A DNA stretch of 64,000 nt, taken from positions 974 to 64,973 of the forward strand of contig CAIWXX010000003.1 in NCBI GenBank assembly GCA_903916735.1. The letters run 5' to 3'. The notes beneath the pieces are model-generated. The model ran no database searches. It was not told the DNA's origin and was given only the letters and a program-made list of their open reading frames with translations. Position numbers and translations under genes: made by a program. Positions 1 through 8,382 of this stretch are shown here, piece by piece (position 1 is the first letter of the stretch; every line of letters begins with the position of its first letter). This stretch comes from an uncultured Acidobacteriota bacterium (GTDB lineage Bacteria > Acidobacteriota > CAIWXX01).

Positions 1-566
1 ACTCCGGCCATTTTGATGACTTGCGGTATGACACCCAAGGAGTAAGCCTTGAAGACGACGGAACATTATCAGGTCTCGCTTCGAACAGCACTCCTGCTTC
101 CCACAATGGCAATGGCGGAATTTATTTTGATGCGAGCCGGATGATTTGGCGAAAGCGGGCGGACGCGGACGAAGGGCTTGGGGTTTATTGCCGGATTGCG
201 CCGTGGCTGCCCCGCGACCGTAACCCGCTGAACTTCTGCGCGGCATGCGGCCTGAACTACAAAGGCCTCCTTCGGGGCCGCGGTGAGGATATATTTGGCG
301 TGGGCATCGGTTATGCGCGGGTCAGCGAAGGCCGGCGCAGCGCACAGCGCGACGCGAACCAAATCGCCGCCGCCGGCGGCACCCCCAACAATCTTCAACC
401 GGGTCCAGTGCCGGATTACGAAATGGACCTGGAGGCGACGTATCAAATCAACCTGGCGCCGTGGTGGTCGGTGCAACCGGATTTCCAATATATTTCCCAC
501 CCCGGCGATTCGAGCGCCATCAAAGACGCCATTGTCGTCGGCGTGCGGACCCAAATCAGCTTCTGA
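1..566 (+). CDS. Carbohydrate-selective porin, OprB family; C-terminal portion only, since the 5' end lies outside the window
   Basis: The frame is open from the window edge, and the track ORF 21..566 continues upstream with no stop. The C-terminal motifs DYEMDLEATYQINLAPWWSVQPDFQYISHPG resemble the conserved OprB-family C-terminus. Confidence 0.55.
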   Translation, partial: SGHFDDLRYDTQGVSLEDDGTLSGLASNSTPASHNGNGGIYFDASRMIWRKRADADEGLGVYCRIAPWLPRDRNPLNFCAACGLNYKGLLRGRGEDIFGVGIGYARVSEGRRSAQRDANQIAAAGGTPNNLQPGPVPDYEMDLEATYQINLAPWWSVQPDFQYISHPGDSSAIKDAIVVGVRTQISF

Positions 567-651
567 TTGCTTTTGCGTTGCGCCGAACCAACGCGCCGCC
601 ATTGCCTCTTTGACAACCCGCGGCATTTGCTTACGATCCGGTGGTCAGGCC

Positions 652-1081
652 ATGAAAAAAGAAACCGTCAGCCGTTTTAGCGTGTCCCTGCCGCCATCGC
701 TCCTGCGGCAACTGGATGAAATGTCGAGTGAGAAGGGCTACGACAACCGGCCGCTGGCCATCGCCGACATGATCCGCAACACCACCTTGTCGAACACCGG
801 CAGAAATTCAGCGACGAAGACATCGCGGCACCATCACGCTGGTCTATGACTATCACAAACAACACGTGCAGGAAACACTGACTGACATCCAGCACGACCA
901 TCACGACGTGATTCTTTCGAAGGTGCATGTGCATCTGGACCACAACAATTGCCTGGAAGTATTGCTGATACGCGGCAAGGCGGGTGTGATCCGCAAAATC
1001 GCCGATGACCTCATCACTGCCAAGGGAGTAAAACACGGCAAGCTCACCGTGACCACGACCGGCAAGGATTTACCATCGTAA
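652..1081 (+). pseudogene. nikR: Nickel-responsive regulator NikR, disrupted by two -1 frameshifts near nt 780 and nt 827
   Basis: Frame 1 from ATG 652 gives the RHH N-terminus [43 protein letters not shown]. Frame 3 (nt 780-830) then gives [16 protein letters not shown], and frame 2 from about nt 827 gives [84 protein letters not shown]. That last stretch matches the NikR nickel-binding domain, with its conserved H, H-x-H and C residues. The three pieces are collinear with full-length NikR, so no single frame encodes the protein. Confidence 0.75.
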
Positions 1082-1123
1082 TCCTATGCTGTGGGCGCAC
1101 TTTCAACACCAATCCGACTTGAT

Positions 1124-1154
1124 AAAATTTTGCCCCACATGGGACAAAATTTTG
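1124..1154. promoter_or_regulatory. 31-bp near-perfect dyad, AAAATTTTG-CCCCACATGGGA-CAAAATTTTG; candidate operator
   Basis: I read it directly in the sequence. Two copies of the self-complementary 9-10-mer (C)AAAATTTTG flank a near-palindromic GC core, 43 bp after the nikR stop. Confidence 0.35.
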
Positions 1155-1763
1155 TAAGTGGATCACGTGAGCAAAATTAACGATGATGAGTGGTTAAATC
1201 CGCGTCAATTCGCACAATTCGCGCCCCTGCTGCTCAATTCGGGTAGCCGTTCAGAATGATGTGCGTCTCGATGCGATGATGCTCGCCGAATTGTTCGCTC
1301 GCCCCCGGGCACATCAATATTCACCTCGACATTAGTGGAGAAAAAACCGTCCGGATTTCGTGCGGCAGCAAGGCGCATCAGGTCACTTTGGTTGGACGAA
1401 AATGAAGCGGTGCGGGCCAGTTCCGTGAGGCGTTGGCGGATGACTCTTTCCGGGCTGGGAAACAAAACGAACCATAGCCAGACACTCAGCGCCACCAGCG
1501 CGTCCCCCTGAGCCGGACGGGGACGACGGTTCCCGCTCCGACGCCTCCTGCTTCTGATCAGCACTACACCGGCCCACGTTGTTCAACTTTTGCATGGCCG
1601 GCCACCTCGCCAACCGCGCTTATTGACTCAACCCACAAATAGCACTACTCTCAATTCGTATTTCAGATGACTTCGCCGAAGATGTCCTTTTCTGGTCGGA
1701 AAAGGAAACTCATATAGTCAGGCTCGCCGGAGTTCACTTTTGTCTGTTTGGTAGGAGGAGATC

Positions 1764-3683
1764 ATGAGGCATTGGTATCGGCTCGCCGTTGTACTTATCA
1801 TTTTGGGCGTTCAAGGGATGCTTTGTGCGGGCGCCATCGCGTCTGGTGGCGAAGGCACGGCGCAACCGTACTCGGACCCCAACACCGTCATGAGCATCAG
1901 CTCGGCGAAGTTCCTATCGTGGGCGCGAGATCTTCAAGCGGCGCCAGAAGCATACATCGACCCGGAGTTGGCATTGCGCATCCCACAAAGCGATTCCTAC
2001 AGCCTGCTCCCCTTCCTGCGCTATGTGCCTGCAGAAAGGAGTCAAGGCGGCTGCGGCAATTGTTGGCTGTGGGCTGGAACAGGAATGATGGAGATTGCAT
2101 TGGCACAGTACGGCAGTGGTGCGCGCGACCGCCTGTCCGTCCAGTATCCGACATCATGTGGTTTGACCGGAGATGATTTCGCCTGCTGTGGCGGCACTCT
2201 CGATACATTGCGTAATTTCTACATAGGGCATGGCCTCATGGCGGTTCCGTGGTCGAACGTGAATGCGGAATGGGAAGACACTCGTACTAACTGCGACGAC
2301 GGTATGTCCGGGTGGCATTGCCCGAGGGTCTTCACGTGTCCCCACTACCCCATTGAGTCCATCTCTAATCCAGCATTGATCTCCACTACAGACGTTCCGA
2401 AAGAGACCGCTATCGCCAACATCAAGAATGTGCTTCTTCAACGCAAGGCGGTCTACTACGGCTTCTGGATGCCGACAAACGCTGACAACGTGGCTTTTCA
2501 CACCTTCTGGCACGAACAGAATGAATCAGCGCTCTGGAACCCAAATTCGTTTTGCGGCCACGTTGCAGGCGATCCGCTCGAGGGGCATGCGGTGGTGCTG
2601 GTCGGGTATGTGGACGTAGGGAAGTTCAACCGCTACTGGATCTGCGTCAATAGTTGGGGCGCACCGGCTGGTCGTCCTAACGGGCTTTTCCGGCTCAGCA
2701 TGAACATGGACTACCGCGGCACATTCAGGCAGGGAGATAGAGACTTCGCTGTCAGCTATTTCGAGACGATGGACGTGACGTATGATGACTGCTTCGTCGT
2801 CAAGGCCCCGACTCAAGAGGATTTCTGGACGAAGGGCACTGGACATCAGATTTCGTGGAAAACCACCGAGCTCGGTGGTCACGTATCGATCGGCCTCTTG
2901 AAGGGCGGGCGTTCCGTCTATGTGATCTCTCCCAGTGCAAACAACCTCACGTGCAGATACTACTGGACGATTCCAGCGTCCATCGAGCAGGGATTTGACT
3001 ACGAGGTCAGGGTGGCCAAGCACCTCTCCACAGGGGATGTCGCTGGGCGGAGCTGTCAATTCAGTATTGTCGAGCCCGACGCGATCCAGATCGTGGACCC
3101 GACGGCTGAGTCGAACTGGATCAAGCTGACGCGACACACCATACGCTGGAGGACCCACGGTCCGCAGGACTCACATGTATCGATACAACTGCTCAAGGAT
3201 GGCCGGCCGGAAATGGAGATCACCCCACGGACTTCGAATGACGGGAGCTTCGATTGGGAAGTTCCCAAAACACTTCGAGCTTCGTCTGACTATCAGATCG
3301 GAGTATATACCGCAGACGCACGTCTCCATGCCACAAGCCCTGAGTTCGCAATTAGCGAACTGCCGTCGATCGAAGTGACGTCCCCGACCAGCGGGGACTA
3401 TTGGTGGATCGGACCCGAATACACCATTCGCTGGACCGCCACTGGGACGATGAGCCGAATGGTCGCCATCAGACTTCTGCACGAGGGCGTCGCCATCATC
3501 AACATCGCCAGTCGGACGGTAAACGACGGGAGCTGCACATGGGTCGTACCCAAAGGCACTCCGTTTGCCTCAAACTATGTGATTCAAGTGGAGACAGTGG
3601 ATGGGCGGGTCTCGGGCTATAGCTCGGCGTTCGAAATCGGCGCCTCGCAAGCCGCGCCAACGATGACGCCGTCGCTTCAATAG
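1764..3683 (+). CDS. Secreted papain-family (C1A) cysteine peptidase with three C-terminal tandem repeat domains of about 90 aa each
   Basis: The RBS GGAGGAG lies before ATG 1764, and there is an N-terminal signal peptide. The catalytic motifs are present: QGGCGNCW (Cys codon 2052-2054), GHAVVLVGY and NSWGAPAG. The C-terminus has three repeats of the form x-W-x-G-x-ISW followed by NDGS-W-VP and then Y-I-V, which resemble Kre9/KNH-like beta-sandwich domains. Confidence 0.85.
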   Translation: MRHWYRLAVVLIILGVQGMLCAGAIASGGEGTAQPYSDPNTVMSISSAKFLSWARDLQAAPEAYIDPELALRIPQSDSYSLLPFLRYVPAERSQGGCGNCWLWAGTGMMEIALAQYGSGARDRLSVQYPTSCGLTGDDFACCGGTLDTLRNFYIGHGLMAVPWSNVNAEWEDTRTNCDDGMSGWHCPRVFTCPHYPIESISNPALISTTDVPKETAIANIKNVLLQRKAVYYGFWMPTNADNVAFHTFWHEQNESALWNPNSFCGHVAGDPLEGHAVVLVGYVDVGKFNRYWICVNSWGAPAGRPNGLFRLSMNMDYRGTFRQGDRDFAVSYFETMDVTYDDCFVVKAPTQEDFWTKGTGHQISWKTTELGGHVSIGLLKGGRSVYVISPSANNLTCRYYWTIPASIEQGFDYEVRVAKHLSTGDVAGRSCQFSIVEPDAIQIVDPTAESNWIKLTRHTIRWRTHGPQDSHVSIQLLKDGRPEMEITPRTSNDGSFDWEVPKTLRASSDYQIGVYTADARLHATSPEFAISELPSIEVTSPTSGDYWWIGPEYTIRWTATGTMSRMVAIRLLHEGVAIINIASRTVNDGSCTWVVPKGTPFASNYVIQVETVDGRVSGYSSAFEIGASQAAPTMTPSLQ

Positions 3684-3852
3684 ATCCAACATACAGGAGG
3701 TGCGATTCCGCCGGACTGAGAGAGCCAAGTCGACCGAGGCCGTCTGAGCACGAGACCGAACGTGGCTCCCTGTGCCCGCGCAGGGGGATGGCCTTTGTCG
3801 TCTCGCGCCGGTGACATCGAGACGGGCGCGTTCTTACTACGCTTGTAGTATG

Positions 3853-4197
3853 TGATGCCTGTCGTGCGGCGTTGCCGATCCTGACAGGCTTCTCGCCTTC
3901 GAATCCGGCCCATTCTTCGAGCACCTTCTCGTCGAGGTTGGAGGTTCCATCGATCCGGTAGAGCGGGGCGAGGTCCAGGGCGGGAGTTGCAGCTACGATA
4001 TTGAAAAGGTACTGAATGAACTGCTCGCGCTCCTCAAACTGCCCCAGGATTCGGAACGCGCCGAGCACGTGGTAGGCATCTCTGAGCCGGCAATAGCGGT
4101 AGTCCGACGTGCGACCGCTACCGGCTGACTCTGGTATAGACGTCGTTGTCGACGCAACGATCGCTTCAGTGTCTTCGAAACAGTGCGGCTTGAGCAC
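3853..4197 (-). pseudogene. Remnant of a glycoside hydrolase family 15 (glucoamylase-like) gene, catalytic-domain fragment only
   Basis: The minus-strand ORF 3499..4197 begins with about 115 aa, DYRYCRLRDAYHVLGAFRILGQFEEREQFIQYLFNIVAATPALDLAPLYRIDGTSNLDEKVLEEWAGFEGEKPVRIGNAARQ. This matches the conserved GH15 catalytic-domain segment (YRY-W-RDA, then LQ-MY-IDG, then PVRIGN). It then degenerates into R/S-rich sequence. There is no room upstream for the N-terminal domain, because the NUDIX gene starts at 4407. Confidence 0.45.
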
Positions 4198-4406
4198 CAG
4201 GGCCGATCCGATGACCTCTTTCTGGAAGAGAGGTGGGGCATTGCATTGCTTGACCCACCTCTCCCAGTAACGGGCAGTTTGACTGAGAAACCTTCAGCCG
4301 TAACCCCACACATAGCGAGCGAAACGTCGGGTAGTGTCACACAGGCATCCAGCGACTTGCCTCCAGCCGGCCTGCAGTGGAGAATCACTTGGAGAGGGGG
4401 GGAATC

Positions 4407-4994
4407 ATGACCGATCTGGTCATTGCACTTCGGCATCGGCTTGCTGCTCGTTCGGCAGGAACCACCGCCGAGTGGGACGCCCGACCGGCTGCCGTCCTGA
4501 TTCCACTCTACTTGGATCACGGTGAATGGTATGTACTTTTCACAGAGCGCACACATACAGTGGAAGACCATAAAGGACAAGTTGCCTTTCCCGGCGGGCG
4601 GGTTGATGACGGCGATGCCGACCGCATCGAAACAGCGCTCCGTGAAGCCGAAGAAGAGATTGGGCTCAAACATGACGATGTCACTGTTCTCGGTCAGCTT
4701 GATGAGCTCCTCACCATCACACAATATCGCGTGACGCCGGTGGTGGGTGTCTTTCCTTGGCCCTATGATTTTATGTTATCGACGGAAGAGCTTTCGGAAG
4801 TATTTGGAGTTCCATTGAGATGGCTCGCAGACCCTGCCAATGTCGATGTTCAGTACTACGGTTTTCCCCTGCTTGGTCCGCCTGTGCCCGTCTACTACTT
4901 TCGGTACAACAATCATACGATCTGGGGTGTCACCGGGCGCATAGTTGTCAATTTTCTCGATGTTCTTCGCCCGCTGCTCGGCGCTGATTTTTAG
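4407..4994 (+). CDS. NUDIX hydrolase, CoA pyrophosphatase-like
   Basis: The Nudix box GGRVDDGDADRIETALREAEEEIGL (G-x5-E-x7-REUxEExGU) is present, and an RBS GAGAGGGGGGG lies immediately before ATG 4407. The LIPLYLDHGEWYVLFTERTH context is typical of the NudL/CoA-diphosphatase subfamily. Confidence 0.8.
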   Translation: MTDLVIALRHRLAARSAGTTAEWDARPAAVLIPLYLDHGEWYVLFTERTHTVEDHKGQVAFPGGRVDDGDADRIETALREAEEEIGLKHDDVTVLGQLDELLTITQYRVTPVVGVFPWPYDFMLSTEELSEVFGVPLRWLADPANVDVQYYGFPLLGPPVPVYYFRYNNHTIWGVTGRIVVNFLDVLRPLLGADF

Positions 4995-5035
4995 CAGACC
5001 GTTGTGGGCGCTCGTTTCTCTTTGCGCAGGCGAGT

Positions 5036-5050
5036 CACACACACACACAC
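5036..5050. repeat. (CA)n dinucleotide microsatellite
   Basis: The sequence cacacacacacacac lies directly after the NUDIX gene stop. Confidence 0.8.
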
Positions 5051-5098
5051 GCATCATCGAGCCCTTGGAGATGAAACATCTCAGATTTGGAAATGCTC

Positions 5099-5127
5099 TT
5101 GACAAATATTAATATTTGTTTTATCTT
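5099..5127 (+). promoter_or_regulatory. Putative sigma70-type promoter with an embedded perfect 14-bp palindrome, AAATATTAATATTT
   Basis: TTGACA at 5099-5104 is followed at once by the palindrome AAATATTAATATTT at 5105-5118. About 17 bp downstream of the -35 there is a TATCTT-like -10 element. The site sits about 50 bp upstream of the DUF2089-like gene in an AT-rich island within a GC-rich genome. Confidence 0.45.
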
Positions 5128-5175
5128 TATTAAAGATGAAATTGATATTGATTTTAACAAAATTGTGAGGGGGTT

Positions 5176-5508
5176 GTGGCAGAAGAACCAAAAGGCAGAA
5201 AGACCTGGGTCGAGCTCATGGAGGAAGACGACCTGTCGTTTGTGAAGAGATTTATGCTGGCTTCCGGTTCATTGAAGGAACTGGCCGAAGCCTATGGAAT
5301 CACATATCCGACAATTCGGCTCCGGCTCAACCGACTGATCGATAAAATCAAAATATTAGATCGCCACGAAATCATGAGCGACTTTGAACGAATACTCCGC
5401 GCGCACTACGTGGATGGGAAGATTGACATCAGCACACTGAAGACGCTTCTCGCTGCTCACCGGCGCGAGTTGGCAGGGTGTATGAAGGATCGTGAGTCAA
5501 AGACATGA
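5176..5508 (+). CDS. Small HTH protein, DUF2089-like
   Basis: An RBS GAGGGGG precedes the start. The segment EDDLSFVKRFMLASGSLKELAEAYGITYPTIRLRLNRLIDKI matches the DUF2089 helix-turn-helix pattern. The N-terminal zinc ribbon seen in many family members is absent here. Confidence 0.55.
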   Translation: MAEEPKGRKTWVELMEEDDLSFVKRFMLASGSLKELAEAYGITYPTIRLRLNRLIDKIKILDRHEIMSDFERILRAHYVDGKIDISTLKTLLAAHRRELAGCMKDRESKT

Positions 5509-5524
5509 CGATAGGAGGCACAAC

Positions 5525-6406
5525 ATGAAGGTCAGAGTCTTTTGTTTGGGATTGTTTCTATCCATTGCGATGCTCGCGGTAGGGGATGAGAACCTAGGGG
5601 ATATTTCTTGGGGAAAGATGCATTTAGAGGGCCGGCTGGCAGCAGGCGATGTGATACCACCGGGAGGGGCGGTTCCATCGGAAAGCCTGCTCTTATCGAA
5701 CCCTACTGGGCAGCCGATGACTATCAATGTTTTCACGCTTGATAAGCCTCCGATCACTAAGGCGTGTTATGCAATTTGCGGCAAGATTCGATATGAAAAT
5801 GTTGATGGAACCGCTTATCTTGAGATGTGGAGTATCTTCCCTTCCGGCGGGAGATTCTTCTCACGAACACTCGGCGAACAGGGCCTCATGCAAAGCCTTA
5901 GGGGTACTTCTGAGTGGCGCGAATTCTCGGTGCCTTTCTACAATCAGGAAGGTGCGCCCCCGCCCTCTCAACTGATTTTTAATATTGCATTTGCCGGCCG
6001 TGGCACCGTGGTTCTTGGACAGATCCATCTGTCTCAATTTGGGCAGGGCGACAATCCACGTGAAAGCAAGGTTGGATGGTGGAGTGCAAGGGCCGGCGGG
6101 ATGTTTGGCGTGCTTTTCGGGACGATTGTCGGATGCCTGGGAGGATTGATCGGGGTTCTTACGGCACGTGGTAAGAGCCGCCGCTTTGTCTTTGCCTCGT
6201 TGATCGTGCTGCCCGTCATGGGAGTCGTCGTACTTGTCTCTGGAATAGTCTCACTGAGTCTCTCGCAGCCGTACCATGTGTGGTATCCGTTGATCCTGGG
6301 TGGTGCGCTGACGGCTATCATCTTCTGGGCGCTGAACCCAAAGGTTCGGAAACGATACGCCGACTTGGAACTAAGGAAGATCAGAGCCATGGATGATGTG
6401 TCATAA
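5525..6406 (+). CDS. Membrane protein of unknown function, with a signal peptide, an extracytoplasmic domain of about 190 aa and three C-terminal transmembrane helices
   Basis: An RBS AGGAGG precedes ATG 5525, 17 nt after the upstream stop, so the two genes look co-operonic. The signal peptide is MKVRVFCLGLFLSIAMLAVG, and hydrophobic helices occupy residues about 200-290. Confidence 0.55.
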   Translation: MKVRVFCLGLFLSIAMLAVGDENLGDISWGKMHLEGRLAAGDVIPPGGAVPSESLLLSNPTGQPMTINVFTLDKPPITKACYAICGKIRYENVDGTAYLEMWSIFPSGGRFFSRTLGEQGLMQSLRGTSEWREFSVPFYNQEGAPPPSQLIFNIAFAGRGTVVLGQIHLSQFGQGDNPRESKVGWWSARAGGMFGVLFGTIVGCLGGLIGVLTARGKSRRFVFASLIVLPVMGVVVLVSGIVSLSLSQPYHVWYPLILGGALTAIIFWALNPKVRKRYADLELRKIRAMDDVS

Positions 6407-6575
6407 ATTTCAATGCCCGGCTATGAAGAAAGGTGAAGTGAAAATCTGAATCAATGCCGGGAGTGTTTAATCTACTCTGTTCGACAGCGATTGTCTTTGA
6501 TAAGGCACCTGATGAAATCCATTGCCGTTAGATTTGCTTTTGGTTCGTTTTCATTCCGTATTACAATCAGGGGTG

Positions 6576-8075
6576 ATGGAACTTCAACCCAGCCTGCCAC
6601 TTGAAGATGAGCGGATCTTCTCGGTCACCGAAATCAATGAGGCGGCCAGGGATGCCATTGAAGGTGCCTTTCCAAGTGTGCGCGTGGAAGGTGAAATCAG
6701 CGGGTATCGCCTCTATCCTTCCGGACATCATTACTTCGATCTGAAGGACGACAGCTCCCGGATTTCGTGCGCCTTCTTCGCCGGTCGTGCGCGTGGATTG
6801 CGATTCGAGCTGGAAAACGGCATTCAGGTTGTCTGTACAGGGAAGCTATCGATTTATGGACGTGAGGGCCGTTTCCAGATGATCATTGAGCGCGTTGAGA
6901 TGGGCGGCCTGGGACCGCTCTGGCAAAAGCTGGAAGCGCTGAAGAAAAAGCTGCAGGATGAAGGGCTGCTTGATGAGAAGCGAAAGAAGCCGCTCCCGCC
7001 CTTCCCGCGGAAGGTTGGTATCGTCACGAGCCCCGAGGGGCAGGCGATTCATGATATCCTGAAAATTCTGCTTAAGCGTGCGCCGCAAATAGCAGTGTTG
7101 ATCTATCCGGTGCATGTGCAAGGGGAGGGAGCTGCAGCCGAAATCGCAGAAGGGGTCCGATGGATGGATGCCGATGGCAGGTGCGATGTGCTCATCACGG
7201 GGCGAGGAGGGGGCTCGATCGAAGACCTCTGGGCCTTCAATGAAGAGATCGTTGCTCGGGCTATTGCCGGGTGCCGTCTTCCCATTATTTCTGCGGTGGG
7301 TCATGAGAAGGATGTGCTCCTTTCTGATCTCGTCGCGGACGCTCGTGCCCCGACTCCATCCGGTGCCGCGGAGATGCTGGCGAAATCACGAGAGGAGATC
7401 CAGGAGCGGCTGGCGAAAATACGGCTGGACATGAGAGGGAAGATTGCTGAAAAAATTTCGACAGCGCGCGAGCGCCTGGCGATCCTCAATGCACAGCCGG
7501 GATTCCGGCGAATTGAAGGCAATCTTTATCAGATGATGCAGCGCGTCGATTCTCTGCGTGGAATGGTGATCGAGTCGATCCGAAAAAGTATCGAACAGAA
7601 GAGGAGCCGCATTGCCGATGCCCGCCTGGGGATCGAACACTGCAGCCCCGTGGCGATTCTGCAGAAACGACAAGAGATGGTTCGGTCGCTCCGCACGCAG
7701 TTGCCTCTTCTCGTGGGTAAATACATCGAAGCGAAACTGTTGCATCTCCGCAATCTACATGGATTGCTGCTGGCGCGCCTCCCACTGCCGGCCATCGCGG
7801 ATCGACGGCAGCGTATCGCACGCGCTCGGGAGATCCTGCAGGCGCTCGTGGCGGCTCTGGTGGAGGGGCGCCGCGATCGAATCTCAAAAAATGCATCGGT
7901 GCTGAATGCGTTGGGCCCCTTCCAGGTGCTCGATCGTGGCTATAGTATCTGCTTCAAAGAAGGCACTACGATCGTCGTTTCCGACGCCGCCGCTATTCAA
8001 GAATCCGAACGGCTATCAATCCGCTTGCGACGGGGACGAATCGGGGCCGATGTGACATCACGCCAATTGGAATAA
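6576..8075 (+). CDS. xseA: Exodeoxyribonuclease VII large subunit
   Basis: The OB-fold N-terminus VRVEGEISGYRLYPSGHHYFDLKD is present. The catalytic-region motifs ITGRGGGSIEDLWAFNEE and ISAVGHE are present too. Confidence 0.9.
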   Translation: MELQPSLPLEDERIFSVTEINEAARDAIEGAFPSVRVEGEISGYRLYPSGHHYFDLKDDSSRISCAFFAGRARGLRFELENGIQVVCTGKLSIYGREGRFQMIIERVEMGGLGPLWQKLEALKKKLQDEGLLDEKRKKPLPPFPRKVGIVTSPEGQAIHDILKILLKRAPQIAVLIYPVHVQGEGAAAEIAEGVRWMDADGRCDVLITGRGGGSIEDLWAFNEEIVARAIAGCRLPIISAVGHEKDVLLSDLVADARAPTPSGAAEMLAKSREEIQERLAKIRLDMRGKIAEKISTARERLAILNAQPGFRRIEGNLYQMMQRVDSLRGMVIESIRKSIEQKRSRIADARLGIEHCSPVAILQKRQEMVRSLRTQLPLLVGKYIEAKLLHLRNLHGLLLARLPLPAIADRRQRIARAREILQALVAALVEGRRDRISKNASVLNALGPFQVLDRGYSICFKEGTTIVVSDAAAIQESERLSIRLRRGRIGADVTSRQLE

Positions 8076-8088
8076 GGAGTGAGGAAAA

Positions 8089-8382
8089 ATGGAGAAAAAG
8101 GAAAAATCATTCGAGGATGCTCTCAACCAGCTCGAGGGCATCGTCAAGAAGCTGGAAAAGCCGGATTTGCCGCTGGAAGAGAGCATCAAGCTTTTCGAAG
8201 ACGGAATGTCCCTCAGCAAAATCTGCAGTGAAAAACTCGACCAGGCGCAGCAACGCGTGGAGATTCTCCAGAAGGATGCGTCGGGTGGCATGAAGGCCGT
8301 TTCGTTCGAAGAGAAGAAGGGAAAGAAGAAGGACGAGGGAACGCCACCGACCGCACCATCAGAAGAGGAGCTGCCGTTTTGA
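8089..8382 (+). CDS. xseB: Exodeoxyribonuclease VII small subunit
   Basis: It begins MEKKEKSFEDALNQLEGIVKKLEKPDLPLEESIKLFEDGMSL and lies immediately downstream of xseA. Confidence 0.85.
   Translation: MEKKEKSFEDALNQLEGIVKKLEKPDLPLEESIKLFEDGMSLSKICSEKLDQAQQRVEILQKDASGGMKAVSFEEKKGKKKDEGTPPTAPSEEELPF

Noticed and set aside
1205-1613. Two overlapping minus-strand ORFs of 119 and 76 aa in the gap after nikR
   Set aside because: They are R/S/P-rich with no motif, no RBS and mutual overlap. I treated the region as non-coding, possibly degraded; see the finding on 1082-1763.
3993-4724. 243-aa minus-strand ORF overlapping the NUDIX gene
   Set aside because: It is antisense to a gene with a perfect Nudix box, and S/R-rich and low-complexity. 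This is typical of spurious ORFs in high-GC DNA.
7301-7896. Several 70-136 aa antisense ORFs inside xseA
   Set aside because: They lie on the opposite strand of a well-supported conserved gene and have arginine- and alanine-rich composition, which is a GC-driven artefact.
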